Assembly (NCBI RefSeq): GCF_001194135.2
Contig: NC_068986.1
Span: 110,718,347-110,782,346 of the forward strand
Length of the DNA stretch: 64,000 bases
Direction: 5' to 3'
Source of the DNA: Octopus bimaculoides
Taxonomy: Eukaryota
Positions 1 through 13,199 of the stretch are shown in pieces; position 1 is the stretch's first letter, and each line of letters begins with the position of its first letter. The notes under the pieces were generated by a model, which searched no databases, had not been told where the DNA came from, and saw only the letters and a list, made by a program, of their open reading frames with translations. The position numbers and the translations under genes were made by a program.

Positions 1-944
1 TACAATTTATACTGATATATATATATATATTGTTAAATTCATGTTTTCTCTTTTCTTCTCTGTGTGTGTTTATGCTTGAAATTATTCTATTTCTGTAATA
101 TTTATAGTGTTATAATTTTAGATTCTTTTTTATGTCTGTTGTCATGTTTGAAAATAATAGCGTGCTGAATCTATTATTTAGCGTATTGTGTCTTCTGATG
201 CCAGCAGTGTGTGACGTGCACTTCTTCCTGTTATTTTTGAAGATATTCTAAACCATGAAATATCAATACAAATGGCTACCACACACAAATATATACGATT
301 TAAACCAATATTTCGAAGGAGCATTTTACTCTAAGGTTTCTCAGAAATAATGCATTTGTTTTTATTAAATGAAACAAAATGCTTTATATCAAGAATTCCA
401 AGAAGAATTTACCTTCTAAATGGGGATCTGAATCTGCGTGCATTAGTGATAAACAACAACTGCAAGAACAGACAAAAAACGTTAAGCAATAATAAGAATT
501 TCATTTATGGGTCACAAGGGTATGACTTAAAGACAACTAGGATGCCATTTGAATTATGTTGTTTATTTAAATCCGCATTCAGTGAGTAGACCTATGGCAA
601 AAGATACCGCAGCCACGACAAAACCCGTTTTACCATTTGTGGGAACCTATTATGCTATCTATCGTTTTTTAAGTCACTGCTTGTGATTTGAGGAGAAATT
701 GGCTCCTATTTCTTGCAGATCAATCGACCATATTTAGTACTTCATCAGTATAAACTTTTAATGAGGTAGAGAAAGCTGGGCTGTTGTGGTAAAATAGCTG
801 TTAGCATCTAAAAATAATATTGGTAAAACTCAAACATTTTGGGTCGTAAATCGTATGGCGTCCACCAATTCCTTGTTCGGTTCCCTCCAGAACGTAGGAC
901 AATTCAGATTCCGGTGAACAGTTGCAATGCTTTACGTTGAAGGA

Positions 945-1347
945 TTATTCTTTTATTTGTTTCAGTCATTTGACTGCGACCATACTGGAGCACTGCTGTT
1001 AGTCGAACAAATCAACACCAGGACTTATTTTTGTAAGCCTAGTACTTATTTTATCGGTCTGTTTTACCGAATCGCTAAGTTACTGGGACGTAAACACACC
1101 ATCATCGGTTGTCAAGCGATGTTGCGGAGACAAATACAAACACACAAATATATACACACAGATACACATATATACATATATACGACCGGCTTCTTTCAGT
1201 TTCTGTCTACCAAATCCACTCACAAGGCTTTGGTCGGCCAAAGACTATAGTAGAAGACACTTGCTTAATGTGCCACGCAGTAGGACTGAACCCGGGCCCA
1301 TATGGTTGGTAAGCAAGCTACTTACCACTCAGCCACTCCTGCGCCTA
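945..1347 (-). mobile_element. Full-length tRNA-derived SINE (family A: tRNA-like head, central domain, CA/TA microsatellite, 3' tail)
   Basis: The reverse complement begins AGGCGCAGGAGTGGCTGAGTGGTAAG...GGGTTCAGTCC (A/B-box-like). The same head recurs at 22913, 24005, 30282, 36250 and 61535. The same tail (GCTTGACAACCGATG...GGTGCTCCAGCATGGCC...GACTGAAACAA) recurs at 35880 and 61135. Confidence 0.85.
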
Positions 1348-3240
1348 ATACTAGCTTTTGTTTCTATTAGTTTGGCTAAAAATGAAATAGATAGTACCAT
1401 GATATATTTTTATCTTGGTAAAGCACGGAAAAGGTGCTGGGAAAAGGAAAAATCCTTAATGGAAGGTATATTTAATCAGCTAATTCAGAGGAACTGAGGG
1501 CATTCTATAAAAATTGGAGATGAAACTGAAAATTAAAAGAAGGAAAAAAAAACAAACGTTTTTGAACCAATGTTTACAGCGCATTGTGTGTGTTTGTGTG
1601 TGTTTCTTCGTGTGCTTGTGTGTGTGTGTGTATGTTTGTGTATGTTAGTGTGTGTTTGTGTGTGTCATTTTGAAGCATTAGAGAATCATTCATGGTATAT
1701 CATAGTTATATTCCGTTGGAATATATGGCGTGGTCACGGCAGGAAAATCTTTGATTATAGAGCGCCGTCGTAAGGGTGATATGAGATGAAAGACATTAAA
1801 TCAAACATTATAAGTAGAAGGAGAACCCTTCTTGGATTAAAATCCCAGCTGATTGACGTAGTCTCTTGTTTTATTGGTTTGTCAACAACGATAGGGGCAT
1901 TTCCATATGAAGTGGTCACGTCTTTGCAAAATAGGGAAATTGGTGCAGTTTATATTCGGAAAAATATAGTCTTCAATTTTGGTTTTATGATTAGAAATCC
2001 TAAATGTTGAGAATTTAGGCTAAGCCGCGGTGAAGTGAAATTCCTGCCCAAAATCTTACTTTGTTTCTCTTCGCTCTATACCTACCTGATTTATAGCTGA
2101 GTCAGCAATAATGCACAATCTTTCTTTTGGTACCGAACAAATTTTGTCAAATATTCTGGTACCGAACAAAGTTTGTCATCACAAAATGTCAAGACTCCGA
2201 ATTTCCTTTCTCGCCATCATTAGATCTACATTCATTGAGTAACATCTGAAAAACCAAAACGTCAACGGTTGCAACGTGTCCAGTATCCATGCAACCATTT
2301 CTCATCACTAAACGCTGTAATGAAACATTCAATTTAATCCAAAAAAAGGTGTGTTGAATTTATGATATCAATTTCTGATTTCTCGTTACATTCTTCATCC
2401 CTTGCAACATGATAATCATTCCTACATCATCCCCATATCCTAATATGACTAGTTCAAACATGAAGGAGAGATGAGCAATATTCATGTTCTAGAAAGAAAT
2501 CTAAATTTGTATTTGTCTATTTACTTTCGGCCGGGGGTTTTAAGATACACAGTTTTATTCCCATGATATAAAATGTAAAAATAATCACGATTCTACTGCA
2601 TGCCTACCCTTGGGTTAGGAACGGGGAAAAAGTGGAAGTACAAAAAACATTGAAAAAAAAACTGTATGAGGAAGATTTAGAAAGCAAAGCATCAATGTTG
2701 TGATATCGTTAATGGAGAGTAAGAAAAAAAATATTTTCAGAATTTGGGAAGTTGAACAACGAAAATAGATTTCTTTTTTGTTAAAATTTAGTTTCTGCTA
2801 TTTTAGTTTAAAAACGTGTACGCACACACGTATGCATGCATGCATTCATGTATGTAGATGATGATACGTATATAAACGTGATTGTGTACATGTATAGATA
2901 GCTTTAAATATATTTTATATATTCATGCATTCAGGTACAATATGTATACAAATACTGATATACGCACACATATATATGTATGTATGTGTATGCCTACGCA
3001 TACATACATATATACATATATGTTGAGGTATATTCAATTATACACATCTTGATTATATACACGCACATCTAAGAGCGAATAGTGTATATGAATGAGAAAC
3101 AAGAGCTATTCATGCAAATATATTTGTATTTTCATTTATTTATTACCACATTTATACGCACATACGTATGCATGCACTTACATAAAAAACATGTATATAT
3201 GTGCATACGTGCTTGCATGTATCTCCATCTCTCCTTCGCG

Positions 3241-3241
<1 letters not shown>

Positions 3242-3324
<83 letters not shown>
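3242..3324. repeat. (AT)n microsatellite
   Basis: Pure AT dinucleotide run; source of the poly-YI ORFs. Confidence 0.98.
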
Positions 3325-3327
<3 letters not shown>

Positions 3328-3760
3328 AGAGTGTGTGTATATACATATATGTATGTATATGTGTATGTATTCTTCACAATGAATAATAGGAAACTTAAAA
3401 TTGATAAAGGTATTTTTAATGGACTTTTTTATTTAATTCTTTTACATCACATCTCTCCAAAGACTCAATATACACACATATTACAGTGAAATCCACGCAA
3501 GACACACACAAAAATACTGGCATCCTATGAAGGCATGCAGACACAAAAACACAAATACACGCGCACACATGCACACACACACATACACAAACACACGAAT
3601 TCACAAAAACACACAAATATATATATAAACATACATGCTTTGAAACCCCACCTACTCAAACCTGTGTTCAACTACGCAGCTATTAAATTGTTCTGTTAGT
3701 ATAAACCTGAGCTCTTTTCAGCATCAATCTTGTCACGACCTTTGGAATGGATTACAGTTT

Positions 3761-3780
3761 AATGATGATGATGATGATTG

Positions 3781-3859
<79 letters not shown>
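3761..3859. repeat. (GAT)n microsatellite
   Basis: About 33 GAT units; source of the poly-His ORF. Confidence 0.98.
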
Positions 3860-6204
3860 AGTTTTTGTCAGGTAATAATAATCCAATAAATATAATAAAA
3901 TATATGATTAAAAAATTGATAACAGCAGTTTCAGATTTTGGAGATACGCCATAGAAATAAAGCTGCTTCGAATATATCGACCATGCCGTATCTAAATGGA
4001 AAACGACCATATCCCTACAAGGCAATTAAGGCATCTCTCTACACCCATGAGTGCATGCATTTCGATGTAGATAAAATGATTGCTTCGGAATATTCTAGCT
4101 GCTCTTTCGATCCCAGAGCGGAATTCACTGAGTAAATGATGTTAAGAATAATATCACATCTGGCGAAATTCGCTCGATAGAATTCGTGTGAAAGCGAACA
4201 AAATTCTAATTCTTACTCGTATATAGCAGCCTTTGCCTGTGGCCTTGGTAAACAGCATGAAAGGATTTTACTCATAGGGGAGTTTCACCGATTCCATTAC
4301 ATTCCAACAGTCTGGCCAGATGTGAAACGGGAGGAAAAGCTTTCTCTTGTCCTCAGGGGTTTATTGGAGATCACCAAAATATTCATAGGTGCGACCCTTC
4401 CTCCTCAATGTAATGTTAAACAGACAACAGCAATAACAGAAATGCATTCGAGAGGAAATTAGAAGCAATTTAGACGGAGCAAGAGGGTAAAGCAACGCGA
4501 ACTAATGGCGCCTGAGAATGGCTGTCGATAACTTATATCATGTGAAATTAGAAGATTGCATTTTAAAATCTTTATGAATTCTAATACACGAATGAGCAAT
4601 ATTGGTTTCATGGTTATGGAAGATGGAGAAATGTTGAGACTGCAGCATCGCAATCCCATCTTTCACAAACTGATACAGATGCGTGTTATTAAATTCAAAA
4701 GTAGACTGACAACTGTAGTGGATTCTAGTGACTACCTACGCCTAAAATCAGATATGTTTTAAACGAAATAAATTATAAGTAAATGAATTTTGAAATAGAC
4801 ATTTTAATTGGCTATAATATATTTTTTAGTTAAAATGAACTGTATAAAAATGAGAATAAATGCTATAGATATTTTAGAAAATTGTGAGTATTTCAGGTGA
4901 GAAGAATTGCGTATGATGTAAATTGTTGTCAATGAATGAATGAATACCGAGGGAAAAGATGATATTGTATTATTTTATATAAGTTGTTAAATGCTTCTGT
5001 AATTTTGTGGGGCACGAACCTCCTTAGCAAATATGACACAAAAGTGTAAACATCTGTCTGAAGCAACATGTTGTCGCTCACATGACATTCTAGTTTTCAT
5101 AAGAATGAAAATATAAATTCGAATTAGAAAAACTAACAGAACAATTAATTTACTTACTGAATTGGAATCAAATTTTGTTACAACGAATACAAGAAATAAA
5201 AATTTTGAGAAAATTTGAAATATCCTAAAACATCGAGCACATTCAAATGAATTTACCTCCTGGTTTCACAAGTCTAGATATTATAGACAGGATATAAAAT
5301 ACAATATATTCATAAAATTACGATATATCTAAAATCACTTACATAAACCATACTGAGCAGAAGAAATGTTCGGCAAAAACACAAATTCAAAACATCGCTG
5401 TGTCTTCGATCGAGAAATTCACCCTCGTGATTACGAGAGCTTCCATCACGTGCTTACGAGAAAGTAAAGAAACATTCCTAAGATCCACCACAACGCGCAA
5501 CTTAAAATAAAAAAAAAACTTGAGATAAGATAATTAAACGTGCATTTTCTATAATTAAATTAACGAACGCTCCCGAAAGAACGTTAAAAGTTATCTTTTT
5601 GTTTTTGTTTTTGTTTCTGACCTCTGCGACGACATTTTCTTCTTTTTCTTCTCTTCTCTTCTTTGTTCACATATTTGTTTATATATTTGCATATATACTC
5701 GCACATTAGCGATACATCCTCCTCCTCTTTCTCCCCTCTTTCTCTCTCTGAACTAGAACCACTGTGTATCTAGTCACTCTCGCCCCGTCTCTCCAATATT
5801 CTCCAAATGTATATTCTTTTTTTCCTCTCACTTGTCTTTTCTCTCCATCTCTCTGATCACAAAGATATTTACATTCTCACTCACACACTACCGATACAGC
5901 TTCCTCTCCCTTTCTGTACTAGAATCAATGCGTATCTAGTCTCTCACTTCCATCTCTCTCACGTTCTCCAAACTTATATCCTTTATTCTTCTCACTCTTT
6001 TAGCTCTCTCCCTATACTAGAATAAGTGTGTATCTAGTCTCTCTGTTTCCCTCCCTCCCCCTATCTCCATTCAACCACACCTACAATCCCCACCTGTTAC
6101 CAGCCCATCCTCTCCCCTGCATATCTACCCTTCTCTTATATCTTCATCCCTCTCAATCTCCTCTCTACCCCTTCTCTACCTCAACTTTCCTGTCTGTCCC
6201 CAAC

Positions 6205-6900
6205 ACTGTGCAGGTAAGTTGTTGGATGAATTCTGAGAACATTCAGAACCAGGAAAAAGGAGTCCCTGCTACTTCTATGGACGACATTCGTTCTCAGCTG
6301 CTTGGATTACTGCTCTCAACTATGGTCCCCAGAGAGTGTGAAACAAGCTGCGGAAATCAAAGCATTCCAGCACCAGTACACAAGATTGACTCGATACAAA
6401 AGATGGGCTACTGGGAGAGGCTAAAGGAGCTGAGACTATTTCCTGTCGAGATGTCGAGAGAGATATGTGGTGATATATATTTGGAAGAACTTGGAGGGTT
6501 TAGCTCTCAATTTTGGAATTGACAGCTATACCATTCCTCTGACTGGGCAGCACTGCATCATATCAAAGATCCCGTCTTCCACATCTAAAATAAGGACACA
6601 GTACTGCAATAGTCTGGGTTTCAAGGGCCCGCAATTGTTCAACATCCTGCCAGACAAACATGGATATCTACATCGTGTTGATGTGGAAGTCTTCAATGAA
6701 CGCCTGGACAAGTTTCTATCTGAGATACTGGATGAGACCACATTGCGGTAGGAGACGCAGAGAAGAGCAGCTCCGCCCAGCTCGTTACTTCACCAAAAAC
6801 AACACCGGAAACAATCGCGAGTACCTACAGATGGTTACTAGCATGACCCAGCACTAGCATGACCTCAGCCATGGGCTGAAACCAGTAAAGGATAAAAGAT
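6205..6900 (+). mobile_element. 3' end of a CR1-type LINE ORF2 (decayed) plus tail
   Basis: Frameshifted translation: ILRTFRTRKKESLLLLWTTFVLSCLDYCSQLWS...IDSIQKMGYWERLKELRL...VIYIWKNLEGL...KIRTQYCNSLGFKGPQLFNILP...FNERLDKFL. This matches the post-RT C-terminus of CR1-group LINEs. Confidence 0.8.
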
Positions 6901-7033
6901 ATATGTGTGTGTGTGTGGGTCCTTTTTCGACCAGCCGCCTTTCAGACTGATCGCGGTCGTCTATCCTCCCGACCGGCCTGTTAAGGCATTCCATTTTCCC
7001 ATTATCCTTTGCGGCAGCGTGCTACACTTGTTT

Positions 7034-7288
7034 GATAGTTGAAACACCCTTTTTTGTTATTTATTTATTCTTTTTACAATTATTTTCCTTTTGCTGTATA
7101 ACCGAAATGCGTTTCTCCATTGTGTATGTAAAATTCTTTTTCTGATACACTTGCATAACGTTACGTTCGTCCGATAGTGGAAAGACCCTTTCTGTTATTT
7201 ACTTATTTGTATTCGTATAAGTACAATGTTTTTTGTTTTCTTTCTATTTGTATAACCGAAAGGCGTTTTGATGTACATGTATAATTCT
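7034..7288 (+). repeat. Degenerate direct duplication, period about 139 bp
   Basis: The blocks GATAGT.GAAA.ACCCTT..TGTTATTTA and TGTATAACCGAAA.GCGTTT...TGTA.AATTCT occur starting at both 7034 and 7173. Confidence 0.75.
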
Positions 7289-7573
7289 AGCTTTCTCATT
7301 TTTGTTTCTCTTCCTCTTTTCGTCCTGTTTGCCTTTCCCAGAAGCTTAATGCTTTTAGCTTAAGTCCCTGGTACCCGCCTGATTCGAGTAGCATCGGAGA
7401 TAAGGGGACGAAACTACAAGGGCTTTTCGGACTCGGCTGATGAGGAAATCGGATGCGAATGATACATGTACCTTGTATTTGTCCTGTTTGCCATTTGTCG
7501 TCGTATTGTCTACTGTTCCGCATGTTGTGTTTTCTTGGTTTCTGTGTGTTGTGTTCATTCCTTCCTACTTTGA

Positions 7574-7604
<31 letters not shown>

Positions 7605-8148
7605 NNNNNNNNNNNNNNNNNNNNNNNNNNNNNNNNNNNNNNNNNNNNNNNNNNNNNNNNNNNNNNNNNNNNNNNNNNNNNNNNNNNNNNNNNNNNNNNN
7701 NNNNNNNNNNNNNNNNNNNNNNNNNNNNNNNNNNNNNNNNNNNNNNNNNNNNNNNNNNNNNNNNNNNNNNNNNNNNNNNNNNNNNNNNNNNNNNNNNNNN
7801 NNNNNNNNNNNNNNNNNNNNNNNNNNNNNNNNNNNNNNNNNNNNNNNNNNNNNNNNNNNNNNNNNNNNNNNNNNNNNNNNNNNNNNNNNNNNNNNNNNNN
7901 NNNNNNNNNNNNNNNNNNNNNNNNNNNNNNNNNNNNNNNNNNNNNNNNNNNNNNNNNNNNNNNNNNNNNNNNNNNNNNNNNNNNNNNNNNNNNNNNNNNN
8001 NNNNNNNNNNNNNNNNNNNNNNNNNNNNNNNNNNNNNNNNNNNNNNNNNNNNNNNNNNNNNNNNNNNNNNNNNNNNNNNNNNNNNNNNNNNNNNNNNNNN
8101 NNNNNNNNNNNNNNNNNNNNNNNNNNNNNNNNNNNNNNNNNNNNNNNN
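7605..8148. other. Assembly gap (other gaps: 12554-12707, 24680-24755, 27325-27372, 36075-36084, 58615-58644)
   Basis: N runs, almost all flanked by AT/CA microsatellites. Confidence 1.
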
Positions 8149-8202
<54 letters not shown>

Positions 8203-8299
8203 CGTGAGTGTGTTTTACACACATGCATTTGTGCATATACATATATGTGTATATAACATAAGTTTCAAATTTTGGCTAAAAGCCAGTAAGTGTTATGGA

Positions 8300-8475
8300 G
8301 TGATTAAGTCGGTTATGTCGACCCCAGTGCTCGAGACATACTTATTTAATTGAAACCGAAATGATGAAAGGCAAAGTCGACTTCGGTGGAATTTGAACAC
8401 AGAAAGCAGAGACGGGTGAAATGCAGATAGACTTTTTACCCAGCATTCTGAATATTCTGCCAGCTCTCCACCTTT
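8300..8475 (-). mobile_element. SINE family B copy
   Basis: The reverse complement matches GGTGGAGAGCTGGCAGAAT...GTTCAAATTCCACCGAAGTCGACTTTGCCTTTCATC...GGGGTCGAC, shared with the 10630-11490 copies. Confidence 0.75.
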
Positions 8476-10629
8476 ATGTATATAAATATAAATGTGTGTG
8501 TGTAAATGAATTTGGAAAATAGACACAGGCGTGTAGACAAACAGCGAAGTCTAATAAATATGTATTACATGTAGGCAAACTGTGAGTTGGCACGTGAATA
8601 CATTTAAATTTTGAAAAGATAAATATAGACGTAATTGTGTGTGCATTTACAGACACTGCTTAAATTATATCGGTGCCTCTATACAAGACATTTTACACGG
8701 AAAAAATAGGAAGCTTCGAAATCGTATAATATCGTGTGAATTATCGAACTTTAAGTGTCATAGTCTTCAACATCTACGATTTACTTTTCTTTGCTAATTC
8801 TATGATGAATAAACAAATTGCACGCATAGTCGTCATCATCATCATCAACGCACACAAAATCGTATGAATATTTATTCAAACATAACATAACGTATGCACG
8901 AATACACATTTATTTACTTACGTACACATTCATATATAGACTGCATGCACTTACAGATAGATATATCACTCAGTATAATGCATATATGTATAATAAATAT
9001 ATATATATTTTATATTTTAGAATGGCAGGAATCTTCTCAACACATTATCTTTAGTTTCTCGATTTATATCTATCTATCTATCTATCTATCTGTCTGTCTA
9101 TCTATCTATCTGTCTGTCTGTCTGTCTGTCTGACTGTCTGTCTGACTGTCTGTCTCTCTATTTGTCTGCCCATCCTTCCGTCTATCCGTCCATCCATCCA
9201 TTTATCTATCTATGTATCTATGTTTCTATCTATCAACGTACACACACACGCGCGCGCGCACACACAGCTTGGCGTTCGCAGAATTTTGGTGCTTCTGCTA
9301 AAGAGAATTCTACCGATCGAATGGGCATAACCTTGCTCAATATAGCCACAGGTAATAAAATTCCGCTGGTATCATACTGCCACGAAGCAGCTCTTCTCGT
9401 CTGGTCACCTTTGCCCTTCCAATTGATCGTTATATTTTAGAAGCTCATGCTCAGCTACTGACTACGACCAACCCCTGCATCGGGCCTCTAGAATCTCCTC
9501 CCCACCCATGTATTTCCTGCAGATATCAATCTCCAACATTTTGTGAATATTAAATATGCCAATCTCGCCAATCGTAGAGAACCTGCGAAATGTAAGTGGC
9601 ACATCTACTTATTCCACACCAAACCAATATCCGAATAAACTAATAAGGTATAATCAAATAATTCCTCTACAAGTACCTTCTGTGTTTCTATGTCTTTATA
9701 GCGTTCTTTCATTCTTTTCCTCTTTTTTTTCTATCCTTCTATGAATCGAATCATTCATAAATAGACTATAGAAAGGCAAGCAGGTGAAGAAAGAGACAGA
9801 GTGCCACAGATATAGAGCTAGAGAGAAGAAAGGGAGAAGGAGGGAAACATGGAAATGAGTAAGACAGAAAAATAGAGAGAGATAAAACGGAAGGGAGAAA
9901 TTTCAAAATAAGAGGCCGAAGGAGAGAATCAAAGACAGTCCAATACTTGTTGAACGACTGGGCTTGCAGATTAAAACTAAAGCGAGCTTGCGTTCGCATC
10001 ATCAGCAAGTCGGTACACAATTATTGATCTACAATTTATCTGATATTTTCAGACCTCAGAAGTACTTCACTTGTTTCTCGATAATCAGTCAGCAACTTGG
10101 TTGAATTTCGAGATTCAGAAGAGATTTACTCACTGTATTGAGTAGAGTTTAATTATTGCAGAGAAACTGAGAACCCACTCTATCACCCTTAACTAAACAG
10201 CTTGTTACTATTCCTGTCTAGAATAGTAAAATACCACTTATTCATTCGTGAATACATAACGATAGCAATATCATTAGTTATATTTAATGGTCACCAGCAT
10301 TCTGGAAAAAACATATAACGAATAATGTCTTCCAATTTTCCTTCGGGTCTAACGTTGCTAAGTTCACTCCTGATCTCATTCATCTTAAGATTAGACATGG
10401 TATGAGATTAGTTCAGTGAAGTTGCTATGTAACCGAGATCCGACATTACCTATGCGTTGAAAATCAAACTGATTGGACCTCTACCCAGTTTTATTTTGTG
10501 GATATATTTAACTACTCATATCGCAATCCTGCCACTAGCAAAACAGCAATAATGAGAAATTTTGCAACATTCACTACTCACAAACGTAACACTTTGTTGC
10601 AGATGTTCTTTCCATAATGGTACAACTTG

Positions 10630-11490
10630 AAGCGGTGAGCTGCCAGAAACGTTAGCACGCCGGACGAAATGCTTAGCGGTATTCCGTGTCTTTACATTCT
10701 GAGTTCAAATTCCACCGAGGTCGATAAATTAATTACCAATTGTGTACTGGGATCGACCCAATTGACTGGCTCCCTACCCCAAAATTTCGGGACTTGTATC
10801 TGGAGTAGAAATGATTATATTTAAGACAGCGAGCTGTCTTAAATATAATCATATAATTACGTCGAGATCGATTTTGCCTTTCATCCTTTCGGGGTCGATA
10901 AATTAAGTACCAATTGCGTACTTGGGTCGATCTAATTGACTGGCTCCCTCCCCAGAAATTTCGGACCGTGTGTGCCTAGAGTCGAAATGATTATATTTAA
11001 GACGGCGAGCTGTTAGAAACGGTAGTACGCCTGGGGTCGATGTAATCGACTTAATCCCTTTGTCTATCCTTGTTTGTCCCCTCTGTGTGTAACCCCTTGA
11101 GGGCAATAAAGAAATAAGAAACGTCAGCACGGCGGACGAAATGCTTAGCGGTATTTCGTTCTGAGTTCAAATTCCGCCGAGGTCGACCGTGCCTTTCATC
11201 CTTTCGGAGTCGATAAATTAAGTATCAGTTGAGTAGTGGGGTCGATCTATTTGACTGGCCCCCTCCCTCAAACTTTCTGGCCTTGTACCTAGAGTAGAAA
11301 AGAATAGTTTGTACACCGAGCAAAATACTCAGCGGTAGTTCGTCCGTCTTTACGTTCTGAGTTCAGGTTGACCTGGCCTTTCTTCCTTCCAGGTTCGATA
11401 AAACAATTTCTGCTTGAGTCCTGAGATTGATCTAATAGACTTACGCCCTTCCCCGAAATTGCTGTTCTTGTGTCAGAGTTTGAAACTTAC
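10630..11490 (+). mobile_element. Head-to-tail stack of about 5 partial SINE family B copies
   Basis: Repeated modules GAAATGCTTAGCGGTATT...TCTGAGTTCAAATTCC.CCGAGGTCGA...GGGGTCGATAAATTAAGTACCA...GGGGTCGATCTAATTGACTGG...CTAGAGTAGAAA, starting near 10630, 10865, 11015, 11122 and 11320. Confidence 0.85.
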
Positions 11491-11637
11491 ATAACGTAGG
11501 AAATAAACAATCGTTACTGTGAAAATAGAATTATTTTCTCTATTTATTATTTCTATACATCTCTGAATATGAACGTTTGATCAGTCTAGTATTGTCCGCA
11601 GAAAACAATGACTAAGTGAACTATGAATGTAAATAGA

Positions 11638-11669
<32 letters not shown>

Positions 11670-12244
11670 AATGCATGTATATTTTACACCGACTGATTCA
11701 AAACAATGTTTAGTGGAAGTGAGTACCGTTTTTTGTCAATGCATGCGGAATATCTCGTATATTTCAAAAATGATGGGAGAAAATTTGGTAGAATCAACCT
11801 CACCGAGAAAAAGAATAAACTATCTTCAAAGCAGGCAGAAAATTAACATGTTAATAGTAGATTGCAATATTTTGTCATTTTATTCAAGATAGATGACTTA
11901 TTCTATAATGTAATTATCATTTGTGACACCTGCCGAGAAAAGAGCAACATGAAACCTTAGTGTTTATAAATAATAGAAATAAATGCACCTTAGTTTGTCT
12001 CGCTTATTGATATGAAATATACGCAATTTCACTATTTCCATATGACATGTATTACAACTGTATACCAGCGTTAATTGTGCACTCATTTTATCTTTTATAA
12101 TGGATATGTGTGTGTGTGTGTTAAGTAAGAACATAGTCTTAATGGAAAGTGCATAGGTACAATAAGTGATCGAACAAAACCGAGAGCTAAACTCTGACGT
12201 AAGTTCCAGGGATACTGGCACACACAGACACACAGACACACACA

Positions 12245-12282
<38 letters not shown>

Positions 12283-13199
12283 AACACACTGACCCACACA
12301 TATGCGCCCAAACAAACAAAAAGGAACGCAGTGTAAATAACGGACAGAGTCAAGACTATTGAACTAGTTGCAAGACGCAACGAAAGTTTTGGGAAAATAA
12401 AAATAAGAAATAAGTGGAAATTTTACCGATGAGTATGTTAAATTATAAGGCACAAAAAGAAAATGACTCTCTCCAGATACAACAGAATATGCTTCAACAC
12501 ACGAACTCACATAAAGAATCTTGCAAACCAAATCCCAAAACGAAATATATATANNNNNNNNNNNNNNNNNNNNNNNNNNNNNNNNNNNNNNNNNNNNNNN
12601 NNNNNNNNNNNNNNNNNNNNNNNNNNNNNNNNNNNNNNNNNNNNNNNNNNNNNNNNNNNNNNNNNNNNNNNNNNNNNNNNNNNNNNNNNNNNNNNNNNNN
12701 NNNNNNTATATATATATATATATATATATGGCGGTTGTCTACTCCTTATGCGGAATTTGACCACCTCCTGTACCTACACCTTAGCACCATCATGGCATCT
12801 GATGTGGCGTTTTGAATCAACGTTCTGAAAAGACACCCACACAGTTGCACATCCGATCTGGACCACCAAGAGCTGCAGATAAGTTCTGATATTTGTGGAT
12901 ATTAAAATGTCCTTCGAGGCCTCCGTTAGATTTGCAAAACTGGCAGACACTGTAATCAAAGGTATGTGCAGACATATTAGCAGAATAGTTTAGATTTTAA
13001 AATTAATTAAAAACATTTTTAAACTGTTAAACTTTTTGAAAATACGATCTGGATTAGATCGAAGGAATACACATATACAAATTTTCTTTGTTATAGTAGT
13101 ATGGATGAAACATATATCAGTACTAAATGGAATATTCCTATAGGCTATTATTTGCATGATTAAGTAAAAGCTCACGTGTCAATCCTTTAATATCCTTAT

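Noticed and set aside
3082-3489. Long ORFs rich in YI, HT, CV, poly-H, poly-L or poly-S (also 7440-8256, 15718-16111, 23019-23621, 59144-59631)
   Set aside because: They are translations of microsatellites or N gaps, not genes.
7405-7455. GAAAC...CTGATGAG resembling a permuted hammerhead
   Set aside because: The strands required for stem II (GGGAC and GGAAA) do not pair.
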